Shown here piece after piece: positions 8,329 through 17,043 of a stretch of 64,000 nt of DNA. The DNA is taken from positions 6,984-70,983 of the IMG/VR virus record IMGVR_UViG_3300036766_001106, one strand, 5' to 3'. Below the pieces are notes generated by a model. That model had not been told where the DNA came from, did not search any database, and was given only the letters and a program-made list of their open reading frames with translations. This DNA is from a virus. Positions within the stretch are counted from its first letter, which is position 1. Each line of letters opens with the position of its first letter. The position numbers were made by a program, and so were the translations under genes.

Positions 8329-11300
8329 GTGATTGGGCCTCCAGGGACAGGCAAAACCACTTACCTATCCCGCCAGGTGGAGCGGGCCGCGGAGAAGTAC
8401 GGGGCCGACGGCGTTATGGTGTGCTCATTCACCCGGGCGGCCGTGGCTGAGATGAACAGCCGGCAACTGCCCATCCCCAAGGAGCAGATCGGTACCCTCC
8501 ACGCTATGGCCTACCATGCCCTCGGGATGCCGAAGATAGCTGAGACCGCGCAATATTTGAAACAGTTTTCCGAGGAACACCCTGCCTATGAAATTGACGA
8601 CCCCACCCGGGACGGGATTGAGGATGGGTATTCTCAGGGGGGGAAGACTCCAGGGGCCAAATTCTTACAAGAATATTCCCGGCTCCGGTCGCTGATGCGC
8701 CCCCCCGACGCCTGGCCTGAGTCAGTCCAGGGTTTTGCCAGGGTGTGGGAGAAGTTCAAAGACGAGGTTCATGCCGTTGACTTCACCGATCTTATTTCGG
8801 TGTGCCTGAAAGAACAGATTATGCCGAAGTTTGAGGCGGCTATCGGCATGTTCGATGAGGCCCAGGACTTCACCCCTCTCGAATTGGCCTTAGTAAGACT
8901 GTGGGGAAAGGACTTGGAGAAATTAATCCTGGTGGGGGACGGAGATCAGTGCCAGCCATCCGGAACGCTTGTGGAAACTACGCAGGGGCAAGCTCTAATT
9001 GAAGACCTTGACCCCGAGATTCACACATTGCAAACCTTTGATCGCCCTGGCAGCACCATTATCAGGCTTAAACGTCCACCTTCTGCATCGCATAGCTTTG
9101 AAAAAGCATGTCGAATTTATGACGGCATATTGGTAATGATAGCGGCTGGCCCTGCTAAATCGGAATATACCGCAGATCATCAATGCTTGGTGAGGTGGAC
9201 CGAGGAAGCGAGAACAAAATGTGTCGTGTATTTAATGAAGCAGGGCCCTCGCTGGCGTATAGGCTGGTGCCAATTGTTCAAGGGAAGAGGGAAGCAACTT
9301 GGATTTCATTTAAGCGTGAGAGCCAGGCTAGAAAATGCTGATGCAGTGTGGATACTAAAAACTACTTCCAATAGACAAGATGCCTCATGGTGGGAGTCAT
9401 TCTATGCTGCTCACTTTGGGATACCTCAGATAACCTTTAATCCAATTCAAAGCAGTATCCATTTTACTAAAGATTTTCTAGATAGCTTGTGGGCTATGCA
9501 CGACATTAATTCTGATTTAACCAATAGAGCGTATGAATGTTTGGCATATTGCAATAAATCAATGCAGTATCCATTTTACAAGAAAAACAATAGAAACCAT
9601 TGGGGGGGCAAAGCATCATTAATGCTTGTCAGAGCAATTAATCTTGAACCTTATATTATGTCTGTTCCTGTCGATACGGGCGTCCTGGCCCCCACTTGGT
9701 ATCCAATTCAAAAATCAACGAGACATTATTTTGGAGAAGTCCATAGTTTAAATGTTAGGCCCCATCATTATTATATAGCTGACAAAATCATCACTCATAA
9801 CTGCATTTATTCGTTCAAAGGCGCCGTCCCCCGCCTTGGCCTTGACCCCAGCATTCCTATTATCATTCTCAAACAATCATACCGAGTCTCACAGGCCGTC
9901 CATGAGTTTTCCGAGCAAGTAATCAACCTTATCCCCCCGGAAGAGCGGTTGCAACGGGAATACCTGCCTACTGCCGAGCCGGGCGAGGTGTTGGAGCTTA
10001 ATGGAACCTATAAGCATCCGGAGGCGTGGTTTGACGTGGTGCAAAAGCACCTGGACCAATATCAAACCGTGATGATCCTGGCTTCCTGCTCCTATATGCT
10101 GACTCCAATCATTCAGTTTCTCAAACAGGAAGCTATTCCCTACAGCAATACCTACCGTCGTAAGCGGCGGGATTGGAACCCCCTGATCCACACGACCCGG
10201 CAGACCACCGCCGCCACTAGGGTGCGGGACTACTTTGCCGGTTGGCGCCGGAATCCCATGAACTGGACCGGCGGAGAGTTAGGTCGCTGGCTCCCCCTGG
10301 TGGCCAACGTTCTCAAGCGAGGGGGTAAGGAGAAGCTGGCCAATATTCTGTCAGATCAAGAAGCGCCCGTGGACTTGATCCATGAGGTTCTGCCAATGGA
10401 GCAGATGCAGGCGGCGGGGGCGGAGTGGATACTGGATCACCTTTCAGCGGCTCATCGTCCTGCTGAATACCATGTGCGGGTAGGGTTAAGGGCCTGGGAA
10501 GATTTGGAGATTGAACCGGCCTTGACCATAGGGACGGTGCATTGCTCGCCTTCAGATGAACTTATTCTAACAACAGACGGGTGGATACCCATTGGCAAAT
10601 TAGACCCATCTTTTCATAAAGTGGCTGGATATAATAAAAAAACAAATTCTTTACATTGGGGTGGAGACTGGAGAGGGAAGGAAAGAGATTGTTCAAACAA
10701 AAGGTATAACTTTAAAATTAGTAAAAATAAGCATGTTGGCCCCCTGGTTGTGCTTGACACAGATATATCTATGACAAGAGTTACGCCTAACCATCTCATT
10801 CCCACAAGATTTAATGATGATTTTATGGAAAAATATGTAGTTTATTTAATGAAACGAGCCAACTGGTGGAGGATTGGTATTTGCGTTTCCGCACATAGAC
10901 CATATAGAAGTGGTGGGGTGAATGGCAGACTTGCAACGGAACAGGCTGATTTTGGATGGATTTTAGGAGTGTATGAGACAAGGAAAGAAGCTGTTATAGC
11001 AGAAGAAATTTTTAGAGGGAAGTATGGGATTACTGGATTAACATTTCAAGCTGCTAAAGCAAGAGCATTGAATGATGATGATTTGCATCATATTCACGAT
11101 GAAATTAATGGAAGCATAGACAAAAGAGTAACAAAACTATTAGAAGATTGCCATTTAAACGAAGAATGGCCACTTTATTCCAGAGCCCCCCTTCGTGGAG
11201 ATGTAATTAAAAGGAATATGAGAGGTATTTTTGTAACAGAAGCAGCCAATTTAATAAAGCTATCTGGATATATAGACATGCTTGTTCCGCCAGAGGGGTT

Positions 11301-11649
11301 TGTTAGAAGCGACCCTGGTGGAAATAGCAAAAGAGGCTGCTGGACTCCTGCATTTATGAGAAGTGAAGTAACTATAGAAGATTACAATGGATATGTTTTT
11401 GGCATAGAGGTTCCACCTCATCATTATTATCTTTCGGGCGGGAATATTGTGCATAATTCAGTAAAAGGCGGGGAGGCCGACGCCGTGATCCTATTCGCTG
11501 ACCTCTCTCCGGAAGCTGCCAAAGCAGTCCGCCAAGGCGAGATCGGCCCAACGGCCAGGATGTTTTTTGTTGGGGCGACCCGGGCGCGGACTTCGCTTTA
11601 CTTGGGAAAAGCAGCTAACTCGGGGTTTGCGTTGAAGTGGCCAGGGTAA
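8329..11649 (+). CDS. UvrD/SF1-like helicase with two inteins (about 517-aa extein)
   Basis: GPPGTGKT, IGTLH, DEAQD, GDGDQ/CIYSFKGA, QSYR, TVH/SVKGGEAD, VGATRAR. Confidence 0.93.
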   Translation: MIGPPGTGKTTYLSRQVERAAEKYGADGVMVCSFTRAAVAEMNSRQLPIPKEQIGTLHAMAYHALGMPKIAETAQYLKQFSEEHPAYEIDDPTRDGIEDGYSQGGKTPGAKFLQEYSRLRSLMRPPDAWPESVQGFARVWEKFKDEVHAVDFTDLISVCLKEQIMPKFEAAIGMFDEAQDFTPLELALVRLWGKDLEKLILVGDGDQCQPSGTLVETTQGQALIEDLDPEIHTLQTFDRPGSTIIRLKRPPSASHSFEKACRIYDGILVMIAAGPAKSEYTADHQCLVRWTEEARTKCVVYLMKQGPRWRIGWCQLFKGRGKQLGFHLSVRARLENADAVWILKTTSNRQDASWWESFYAAHFGIPQITFNPIQSSIHFTKDFLDSLWAMHDINSDLTNRAYECLAYCNKSMQYPFYKKNNRNHWGGKASLMLVRAINLEPYIMSVPVDTGVLAPTWYPIQKSTRHYFGEVHSLNVRPHHYYIADKIITHNCIYSFKGAVPRLGLDPSIPIIILKQSYRVSQAVHEFSEQVINLIPPEERLQREYLPTAEPGEVLELNGTYKHPEAWFDVVQKHLDQYQTVMILASCSYMLTPIIQFLKQEAIPYSNTYRRKRRDWNPLIHTTRQTTAATRVRDYFAGWRRNPMNWTGGELGRWLPLVANVLKRGGKEKLANILSDQEAPVDLIHEVLPMEQMQAAGAEWILDHLSAAHRPAEYHVRVGLRAWEDLEIEPALTIGTVHCSPSDELILTTDGWIPIGKLDPSFHKVAGYNKKTNSLHWGGDWRGKERDCSNKRYNFKISKNKHVGPLVVLDTDISMTRVTPNHLIPTRFNDDFMEKYVVYLMKRANWWRIGICVSAHRPYRSGGVNGRLATEQADFGWILGVYETRKEAVIAEEIFRGKYGITGLTFQAAKARALNDDDLHHIHDEINGSIDKRVTKLLEDCHLNEEWPLYSRAPLRGDVIKRNMRGIFVTEAANLIKLSGYIDMLVPPEGFVRSDPGGNSKRGCWTPAFMRSEVTIEDYNGYVFGIEVPPHHYYLSGGNIVHNSVKGGEADAVILFADLSPEAAKAVRQGEIGPTARMFFVGATRARTSLYLGKAANSGFALKWPG
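8950..9801 (+). mobile_element. Intein 1 (284 aa) in helicase motif III
   Basis: CQPSGTLV...TADH...IITHN followed by Cys; AT-rich. Confidence 0.9.
10543..11457 (+). mobile_element. Intein 2 (305 aa) in helicase motif V
   Basis: CSPSDELILT...TPNH...NIVHN followed by Ser; AT-rich. Confidence 0.9.
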
Positions 11650-11942
11650 TGGAAATGACCAGCGAGAAATCCAGAATCGATGCCATCCGACGCTACCTCA
11701 AGAGCATCGGAGCCAAGACGCACAAGACCCATGGGGGACCATGCGGCCACGCGGGGGCTCCGGACATTCTTGGAGCCTATGCGGGCCGCCCTCTAGCTCT
11801 TGAGGTTAAAAAACCCGGGGGGCGGTTGACAAGATTGCAGATCAAAGAACTGGCTGAATGGGAGAAGGCCGGGGCCATATCCGGCCAGGTTGAATCGGTG
11901 CAAGATGTGAAAAACTTATTAAAAGGAGAGATCCATGGCTAA
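11649..11942 (+). CDS. VRR-NUC domain nuclease
   Basis: GAPDILG...LEVKKPGGRLTRLQ. Confidence 0.9.
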   Translation: MEMTSEKSRIDAIRRYLKSIGAKTHKTHGGPCGHAGAPDILGAYAGRPLALEVKKPGGRLTRLQIKELAEWEKAGAISGQVESVQDVKNLLKGEIHG

Positions 11943-12129
11943 AGATGAAGAGTATCGAGTGCAGGTCAATGCTGTTTTTATCATGAAGGGGAAAGACAAA
12001 ATGGACGCCTTGGGCAAGGTTACTCAGGCTATCAGCTTGCTCAGGCCGGCGGGTTGTGTGGACCGGGAAATCAAGTGGAGTGGGGTTGTTGAGCCGAAAG
12101 GAGCACCCCCGGCCCCGGAGAAGGTGTAG
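11935..12129 (+). CDS. Hypothetical protein
   Basis: SD AGGAG; operon context. Confidence 0.6.
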   Translation: MAKDEEYRVQVNAVFIMKGKDKMDALGKVTQAISLLRPAGCVDREIKWSGVVEPKGAPPAPEKV

Positions 12130-12160
12130 ATGGCGATTCCAACCGAAGGAGGTTTGAGAG

Positions 12161-12562
12161 ATGCAACACGCCCGTAAAGACTATGACCGGATTCAAGACG
12201 CGGCCTTCATCGTCACCACCATTCTTTGTCCCAATTCCCAACCGGGTTGTCCCGGTGACTGCCCTGGCTGTCTTAACGGGACCTTTGAGGATGGTGTTAT
12301 GGTTTTCCGGTGCAACGAGTGTGGCCAGGAGGCCGGTCGGGGAGCTTTCGAGTCAGAACGGGTCGGCGGTATCCCCAAAGACGAGCCGGTCTTCCTGCTT
12401 CGGGCCAAAGATAAGGTGGCTTCGATGGTGGTGGGCTATTGGGCCGCACAGGCGGCCCAGGCTGGGGCCGATCCCCGGATGGTGTGGGCCGCCCTCAACC
12501 ATGCCGAGGCTATGGCATCATGGCCAGCCAAGCAGGTCCCGGATATGCCAGAGGACGCCTGA
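12161..12562 (+). CDS. Phage protein (DEPVFLLRAKD type) with a Cys-rich insert
   Basis: SD AGGAGG; HARKDYDRIQD...IPKDEPVFLLRAKD. Confidence 0.7.
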   Translation: MQHARKDYDRIQDAAFIVTTILCPNSQPGCPGDCPGCLNGTFEDGVMVFRCNECGQEAGRGAFESERVGGIPKDEPVFLLRAKDKVASMVVGYWAAQAAQAGADPRMVWAALNHAEAMASWPAKQVPDMPEDA

Positions 12563-12732
12563 TGTCCAGCCTTAGCCGCACCTTCATCCGTCGGGCCGCC
12601 CGGGACCAGGGAAAGATGGGCCATTCTCCCGAGCCGCATAAGACCCGGAATAGCACCTACTTTTTAAAGGCCAAAGCCCGGCGGCGTCGTGCCTCCAAGA
12701 TCGCCCGCCTGGCCCGGAGAGTGCAGAGATGA
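12562..12732 (+). CDS. Small Arg-rich protein
   Basis: TGATG coupling; KARRRRASKIARLARR. Confidence 0.55.
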   Translation: MSSLSRTFIRRAARDQGKMGHSPEPHKTRNSTYFLKAKARRRRASKIARLARRVQR

Positions 12733-12971
12733 GCAAAAAGAATGCCCTCAACCACCAGACCGTCCAGACCATCATTAACGATTACCTGCAGGCCGTACGT
12801 TTGGTGCATGGCGACAACCGGACCGAGCAGACTGAGGTGACTTACCGGAAGGGTTGGTTTTATATCCGACACCCCTGGTACACCCCGGAGACCTTAAGTG
12901 TTCCCTACCGGCCCCATGAAATCAAAGAACTCACCGCGGAGCTCCGGATGAAGATTTCCGCAAAGGGCTGA
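12729..12971 (+). CDS. Hypothetical protein
   Basis: ATGA overlap with the upstream stop. Confidence 0.6.
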   Translation: MSKKNALNHQTVQTIINDYLQAVRLVHGDNRTEQTEVTYRKGWFYIRHPWYTPETLSVPYRPHEIKELTAELRMKISAKG

Positions 12972-12974
12972 CAG

Positions 12975-13206
12975 TGATGACGATGGAAACCCAGATTAAC
13001 TACCACAGGCCACCGCAATCCTCCAATGGCCCCCTGGGTCGGAACCAAGACGGGATGCTCACCAAGCCGGCCGCCCAGCACAGGCGCGGTGAGTTAAGGG
13101 TACGGAGCGGATTCTGGCCTTTCGGCATGACCGGCCTAATCTCGTCATCAGGCGTGAAGCCCCGGGACGTGACTCCGGGGCAGACTTTAAAAGGAGGATT
13201 TGGTGG
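12975..13206 (+). ncRNA. Candidate structured leader RNA with an anti-SD
   Basis: Nested stems; segment 13010-13024 is complementary to the SD/start region 13193-13206. Confidence 0.5.
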
Positions 13207-13850
13207 AAGATAATCTTACAACTCAGCTTTCCGAAAATGAAAAAGCGGAACTGAAAACCCTTGAAGGCATTATTCAACAGGAGATGGGATCCTTCATGGC
13301 TGTCGGCAATGCTTTGCTCACGATTCGAGACAACAAACTCTATAGGGAACAATATCAATCATTCAATGAATACAGCAAAGCAAAGTGGGGGATAGATAGG
13401 AGTTATGCGGGTAGGTTAATAAGGGGGTCCCAGGTGGCGGCCAATTTAGGTGGCCAAATGATACAAGAGAGCAAAGATGGTGCCCACGGGCACCAACTTT
13501 ATACCCCTTGTGAAATCCAGCCAATTCACGAACGCCAAATCCGCCCCCTTACCGTCCTTGAGCCAGACCAACAATGCGAGGTATGGGAGGAAGCCGTGAG
13601 GTCCGCGGATGGCAAGGTCGTCACATTTAAGCAGGTCAAGGCGTTGGTTGAGGCAAGAGTCGGTCCCCCTCCCCCCAAACCTGTCAAACCCAGAGACCCC
13701 TACGCCTACTCCGATGCCAATGCCTTCGTAACCATGGCCATAATCAATCTGGAAAGAATTAGGGATGATGATCCCTTGAGGGTTGACGCCCTGGGTCGAA
13801 TTTCAAAATGGATTCAAGAGAAACTAACCATTTGGACTAAAGGAGAATGA
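13203..13850 (+). CDS. Putative DNA-binding phage protein (DUF3102-like N-terminus)
   Basis: FMAVGNALLTIRDNKLYR..SFNEYSKAKWGIDRSYAGRLI; ERQIRPL; SD AGGAGG. Confidence 0.65.
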   Translation: MEDNLTTQLSENEKAELKTLEGIIQQEMGSFMAVGNALLTIRDNKLYREQYQSFNEYSKAKWGIDRSYAGRLIRGSQVAANLGGQMIQESKDGAHGHQLYTPCEIQPIHERQIRPLTVLEPDQQCEVWEEAVRSADGKVVTFKQVKALVEARVGPPPPKPVKPRDPYAYSDANAFVTMAIINLERIRDDDPLRVDALGRISKWIQEKLTIWTKGE

Positions 13851-13851
13851 C

Positions 13852-14658
13852 ATGGCAAAAGTTTTAGAAACAAACAATTATGGCAAGTTCGTATTGTCGC
13901 CGTTTAACCGGGAAGTAAAAAAGACATGGCGCCTTGAACAGTCCCTACTCAAGTATGGGTGGCTTGATGAATACCCAATGCCTGTTTTCAGACTACCTGA
14001 TGGCTTGCTACGGATAGAAGATGGCCACAACCGTTTCTATTCGGCCCGCAAACACGGCATCCCTGTCAAATATATCGAAACCAAGAGCCAGATAACCCAG
14101 GCCGAGAGGGATGGAACCCATACCACCTGGAGTCTCCAAGACTATCTGTGGTCTTTCGCCCAGAACAATTTTGAGGCTTATCAGGCCGTATTTGACTACC
14201 ACAGGAAAACCGGAATCAAGTTGAACGCCTGTATCTCCATGTTAAGTGGGTTGAGTGCCGGGTCAGGTAACTGGAGAAAGCAATTCAAAGAAGGTACTTA
14301 CCGTTTAGGTGATCCGGCCCATGCAAACCTTGTCGCGGACCTCGTGGCCCATTGCAGGAAACATGAATTCCTCTACTGGAACGATACGCCTTTTGTCAAT
14401 GCCCTCTCTAAAATCGCCTGGGCCGAAGTTTTTAATCCACATGTTTTGAAGAACAAGATAACCGCGTTCCCCGAGCAAATGAAGAAGCACGGGAAAAGAG
14501 AGGAATATGTCGATATGCTGGAGACGATTTACAACCGCTATAGCAAAGACCTGGTGCCTTTGGCTATTAAGGCAGAGGAAGCCGCCAGGAAAAGAGAGCT
14601 TGGAAGAGGAACGCCCAAAGCCAAAACCAACGCCCTGGCGTCCCAAGTGCACGTGTGA
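13852..14658 (+). CDS. ParB-like N-terminal domain protein
   Basis: FNREV...LRIEDGHNRFYSAR; SD AAGGAG. Confidence 0.7.
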   Translation: MAKVLETNNYGKFVLSPFNREVKKTWRLEQSLLKYGWLDEYPMPVFRLPDGLLRIEDGHNRFYSARKHGIPVKYIETKSQITQAERDGTHTTWSLQDYLWSFAQNNFEAYQAVFDYHRKTGIKLNACISMLSGLSAGSGNWRKQFKEGTYRLGDPAHANLVADLVAHCRKHEFLYWNDTPFVNALSKIAWAEVFNPHVLKNKITAFPEQMKKHGKREEYVDMLETIYNRYSKDLVPLAIKAEEAARKRELGRGTPKAKTNALASQVHV

Positions 14659-14873
14659 ACACAGGCGGAAAACCCTTAACCCCTATCCAGGCCCACCGCA
14701 AACGCTGTCTGGAGTGCGTCGGTGGCTCTTATCGGTCCGTCCGCCAATGCCAGCAAACTGAGTGCGAAAGCTACCCTTTTCGCCTGGGTAAAAATCCCCG
14801 TCGGGCCGGGGTAGGGGGTAACCCTACGCTCAAGGGGAAAGAGGCCCACCTTGACCCAAAACTCCCAACTTAA
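14655..14873 (+). CDS. Small Cys4 protein, candidate excisionase or regulator
   Basis: CLEC...C...C..YPFRLGKNP; immediately upstream of int. Confidence 0.55.
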   Translation: MNTGGKPLTPIQAHRKRCLECVGGSYRSVRQCQQTECESYPFRLGKNPRRAGVGGNPTLKGKEAHLDPKLPT

Positions 14874-14885
14874 GTTAGGAGTTTT
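14858..14885. terminator. Inverted repeat or terminator upstream of the int promoter
   Basis: AAAACTCCCAACTT/AAGTTAGGAGTTTT. Confidence 0.5.
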
Positions 14886-14933
14886 AACGAATAAAGGTTG
14901 CACTTGAACCAACTCCTTCAATATACTCTCTGC

Positions 14934-16112
14934 ATGGCAGGTCATATAAGAACCCTGCATAAATGCCCTTCCTGCGGGAAACCCTATCCGAAGGAACTGG
15001 TCTGCTGCAACACCCGGCCCACCCGGTATTTCATCGACCTCTGGTGGCAGGGCCGCCTCAAGATTTACACCGACCCCCAGGGCTACCCCCTGGACTCCTA
15101 CGCCCGGACGGAGCAACTTCTTTCCACCATCCGCCACCAGATCGGCGCCGGCAAGTTCGATCCCCGGGAGTACGTCAGGAAGGAAATCAAGGGGCTCCTG
15201 TTCGAGAATTACATCCAGACCTGGCTTGAGCGCCGGGATCTGGAGTTGGAGCGGGGCCATATCTCTAAGGCTTATATGAGAGAGGTCAGGCGATATATTC
15301 GCCTTTATTTCGTTCCCTTTTTTGAGCGTAAGAGCATCCGGGACATCCGGGAGGGGGACCTGGAGGATTTTAAAAATTCCCTGCCGACGAATCTAGCCAA
15401 CAAGACCATCAGAAATATCTTGGGGGTGCTCCATAAGATTTTTGCCGATGCCTTCCACAAGCGCCGGGACATTGCCTATCTGCCGAAGTTCCCCGAAGTC
15501 CCCAAAGACGATCCCCTGACGCAATGGCTCCCGCCCCGGGACCAGGAACGAGTCTTGCGGCGCATCAAGGAGCCCTACAAATCCTTTTTCATCTGCCTGA
15601 TGGAGTTGGGTTGCCGGCCCGGGGAACTCCGGGCCTTAAAATGGGGCCTGGTGGACCGGGAACGCCGCCTCATCACCATCGCGGCGGGCTTCGATTTGGA
15701 AACCTGGAAACCCTACACCAAGACCCGGCAGAACCGCACCATCCCCTATAATCAGAAGGTACAGGATTGCCTGGACCGGCAGCCCCGGAGCCTGACGGGG
15801 TTCGTGTTCGTGAACAGCAAGGGGAAGTACCTGTCGCACCGGCGCCTCGACACGGTATGGTTCCAGGCGGCCCGGGCCTGCGGCATCGAAGTCAATCTTT
15901 ACCAGGCCACCCGGCACAGTTTCGCCACTCAGAAGATCGCCGCGGGATTCAGCCGGGACAAGGTGGGCCAGATGATGGGCCACCGGACGGCCGCCATGAC
16001 CCAGAAATATGAGAAGGTGGTAGCGGAGAGCCTGCGGGACTTAGTGGCGGACTGTCCGTCTGGGACTGTCCGTAAACTGTCCGTGAACAAAAACGGACAA
16101 AATAAACCTTAG
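14934..16112 (+). CDS. int: Tyrosine integrase
   Basis: GCRPGELRALKW, TKT, YQATRHSFAT, MGH...TQKY; promoter TTGCAC-18-TATACT 6 nt before the ATG. Confidence 0.93.
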   Translation: MAGHIRTLHKCPSCGKPYPKELVCCNTRPTRYFIDLWWQGRLKIYTDPQGYPLDSYARTEQLLSTIRHQIGAGKFDPREYVRKEIKGLLFENYIQTWLERRDLELERGHISKAYMREVRRYIRLYFVPFFERKSIRDIREGDLEDFKNSLPTNLANKTIRNILGVLHKIFADAFHKRRDIAYLPKFPEVPKDDPLTQWLPPRDQERVLRRIKEPYKSFFICLMELGCRPGELRALKWGLVDRERRLITIAAGFDLETWKPYTKTRQNRTIPYNQKVQDCLDRQPRSLTGFVFVNSKGKYLSHRRLDTVWFQAARACGIEVNLYQATRHSFATQKIAAGFSRDKVGQMMGHRTAAMTQKYEKVVAESLRDLVADCPSGTVRKLSVNKNGQNKP

Positions 16113-16239
16113 TGTTCATGCGGGTTTCGGGGGTAGTTCTACGGGTTCAAGTCCCGTCGCTCACCCCAATGAAAACCTTGGGAAATCAGGATCTTTGCCA
16201 TATAGAAAGACATTGAAAGTGTGTCCGTAGACTGTCCGT
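16051..16239 (+). repeat. Integrase arm-type sites (A)CTGTCCGT flanking the att core
   Basis: Direct copies at 16051, 16065, 16076, 16222 (partial) and 16231; inverted partial copy at 16093. Confidence 0.75.
16141..16168 (+). other. attP core matching the 3' end of tRNA-His
   Basis: T-arm ACGGG-TTCAAGT-CCCGT, acceptor strand CGCTCAC, discriminator C, then CCA; no 5' half present. Confidence 0.85.
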
Positions 16240-16305
16240 GGATATAAAGGAGGAACCTAATACCTATCAAGAGGCGAAAACGGCTGCTCATGCTACTACG
16301 ATGAA

Positions 16306-16494
16306 TTAATTCCTCACCGGAATCCGGGCCCACTCCCCATCCCTCTGCGGAGAAATAAGCTCCCGCATCACCTTATTGGCGGTCAGGGCATCCAGGGCCA
16401 GAGGCTTATACCCCAAATCCCCCACCGGACGCTCTACCGCCAACTCCTTCACCCCGTCGAAGCGATGACGAATTGCGATCACGGGACGGTCCAT
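16306..16494 (-). CDS. Hypothetical protein
   Basis: SD GGAGGG. Confidence 0.5.
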   Translation of the reverse strand: MDRPVIAIRHRFDGVKELAVERPVGDLGYKPLALDALTANKVMRELISPQRDGEWARIPVRN

Positions 16495-16507
16495 GGCAGG
16501 CCCTCCA

Positions 16508-16606
16508 TTAACGCCACAGTTTACGTAGTTTCTCAATGGGCCATACAATCAGATACCAGAACAAGAGCATTGCCTTTAGCCACCAGGGAACATCACGAAA
16601 GGTCAT
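16508..16606 (-). CDS. Small membrane peptide (32 aa, MTFRDVPWWLKAMLLFWYLIVWP...)
   Basis: SD AGGAGG; read by hand. Confidence 0.5.
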   Translation of the reverse strand: MTFRDVPWWLKAMLLFWYLIVWPIEKLRKLWR

Positions 16607-16616
16607 GCTGGGCCTC

Positions 16617-16832
16617 CTACTTCCAGGTGTCTCTCACATTATGAACATGGCCGAAGAAGACCCCCAGATCCTCCGCGTCTCCCCGATTCATCCAGTAACC
16701 CTTTTCCCCGGTCTGATCGTTTTTGTCGGGGGCGAAGCTCTCCAACTTCGGAGGCGCCTGGAGAGGCGGCGGTACAAACTCAATTTGATGGGCGCACCCC
16801 GCCGCGGCGAATGAAGTCAGCAAGATCATCAT
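16617..16832 (-). CDS. o-spanin (Rz1-like lipoprotein)
   Basis: Lipobox AAGC, Pro-rich, overlaps the i-spanin gene. Confidence 0.75.
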   Translation of the reverse strand: MMILLTSFAAAGCAHQIEFVPPPLQAPPKLESFAPDKNDQTGEKGYWMNRGDAEDLGVFFGHVHNVRDTWK

Positions 16833-17043
16833 CAGACATTTGGTGAACCTTCTCTTTAACCTTTTGGTCTTCACGTTCCACCTCCAGGGTCTTTTCGGCG
16901 GTTTCGGCTTTCACCTCAGCCTTATGGCTGATGCAGCTTTTGATTTGACAGCCGGCATACAGCATCCCGGAAAGAAGGGCGGTGCCAACCGCTATTCCTA
17001 TACTTCTGCCTATGGCCGTTTTGAGCAACCACGCGAAAATCAT
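16780..17043 (-). CDS. i-spanin (Rz-like)
   Basis: N-terminal TM segment plus coiled coil, downstream of the holin. Confidence 0.7.
   Translation of the reverse strand: MIFAWLLKTAIGRSIGIAVGTALLSGMLYAGCQIKSCISHKAEVKAETAEKTLEVEREDQKVKEKVHQMSDDDLADFIRRGGVRPSN

Noticed and set aside
2868-8330. Stop-codon reassignment as the cause of the split genes
   Set aside because: Both breaks need a frame change, and TAG and TGA terminate many other genes normally.
12968-13140. Hammerhead ribozyme, c-di-GMP-I riboswitch or C4 antisense RNA
   Set aside because: Only fragments match (TGATGA...GAAAC; CCGGCCTAA); the full consensus and stem order are not met.
16130-16168. Complete tRNA gene
   Set aside because: Only the T-arm and acceptor 3' strand are present; interpreted as the attP core.
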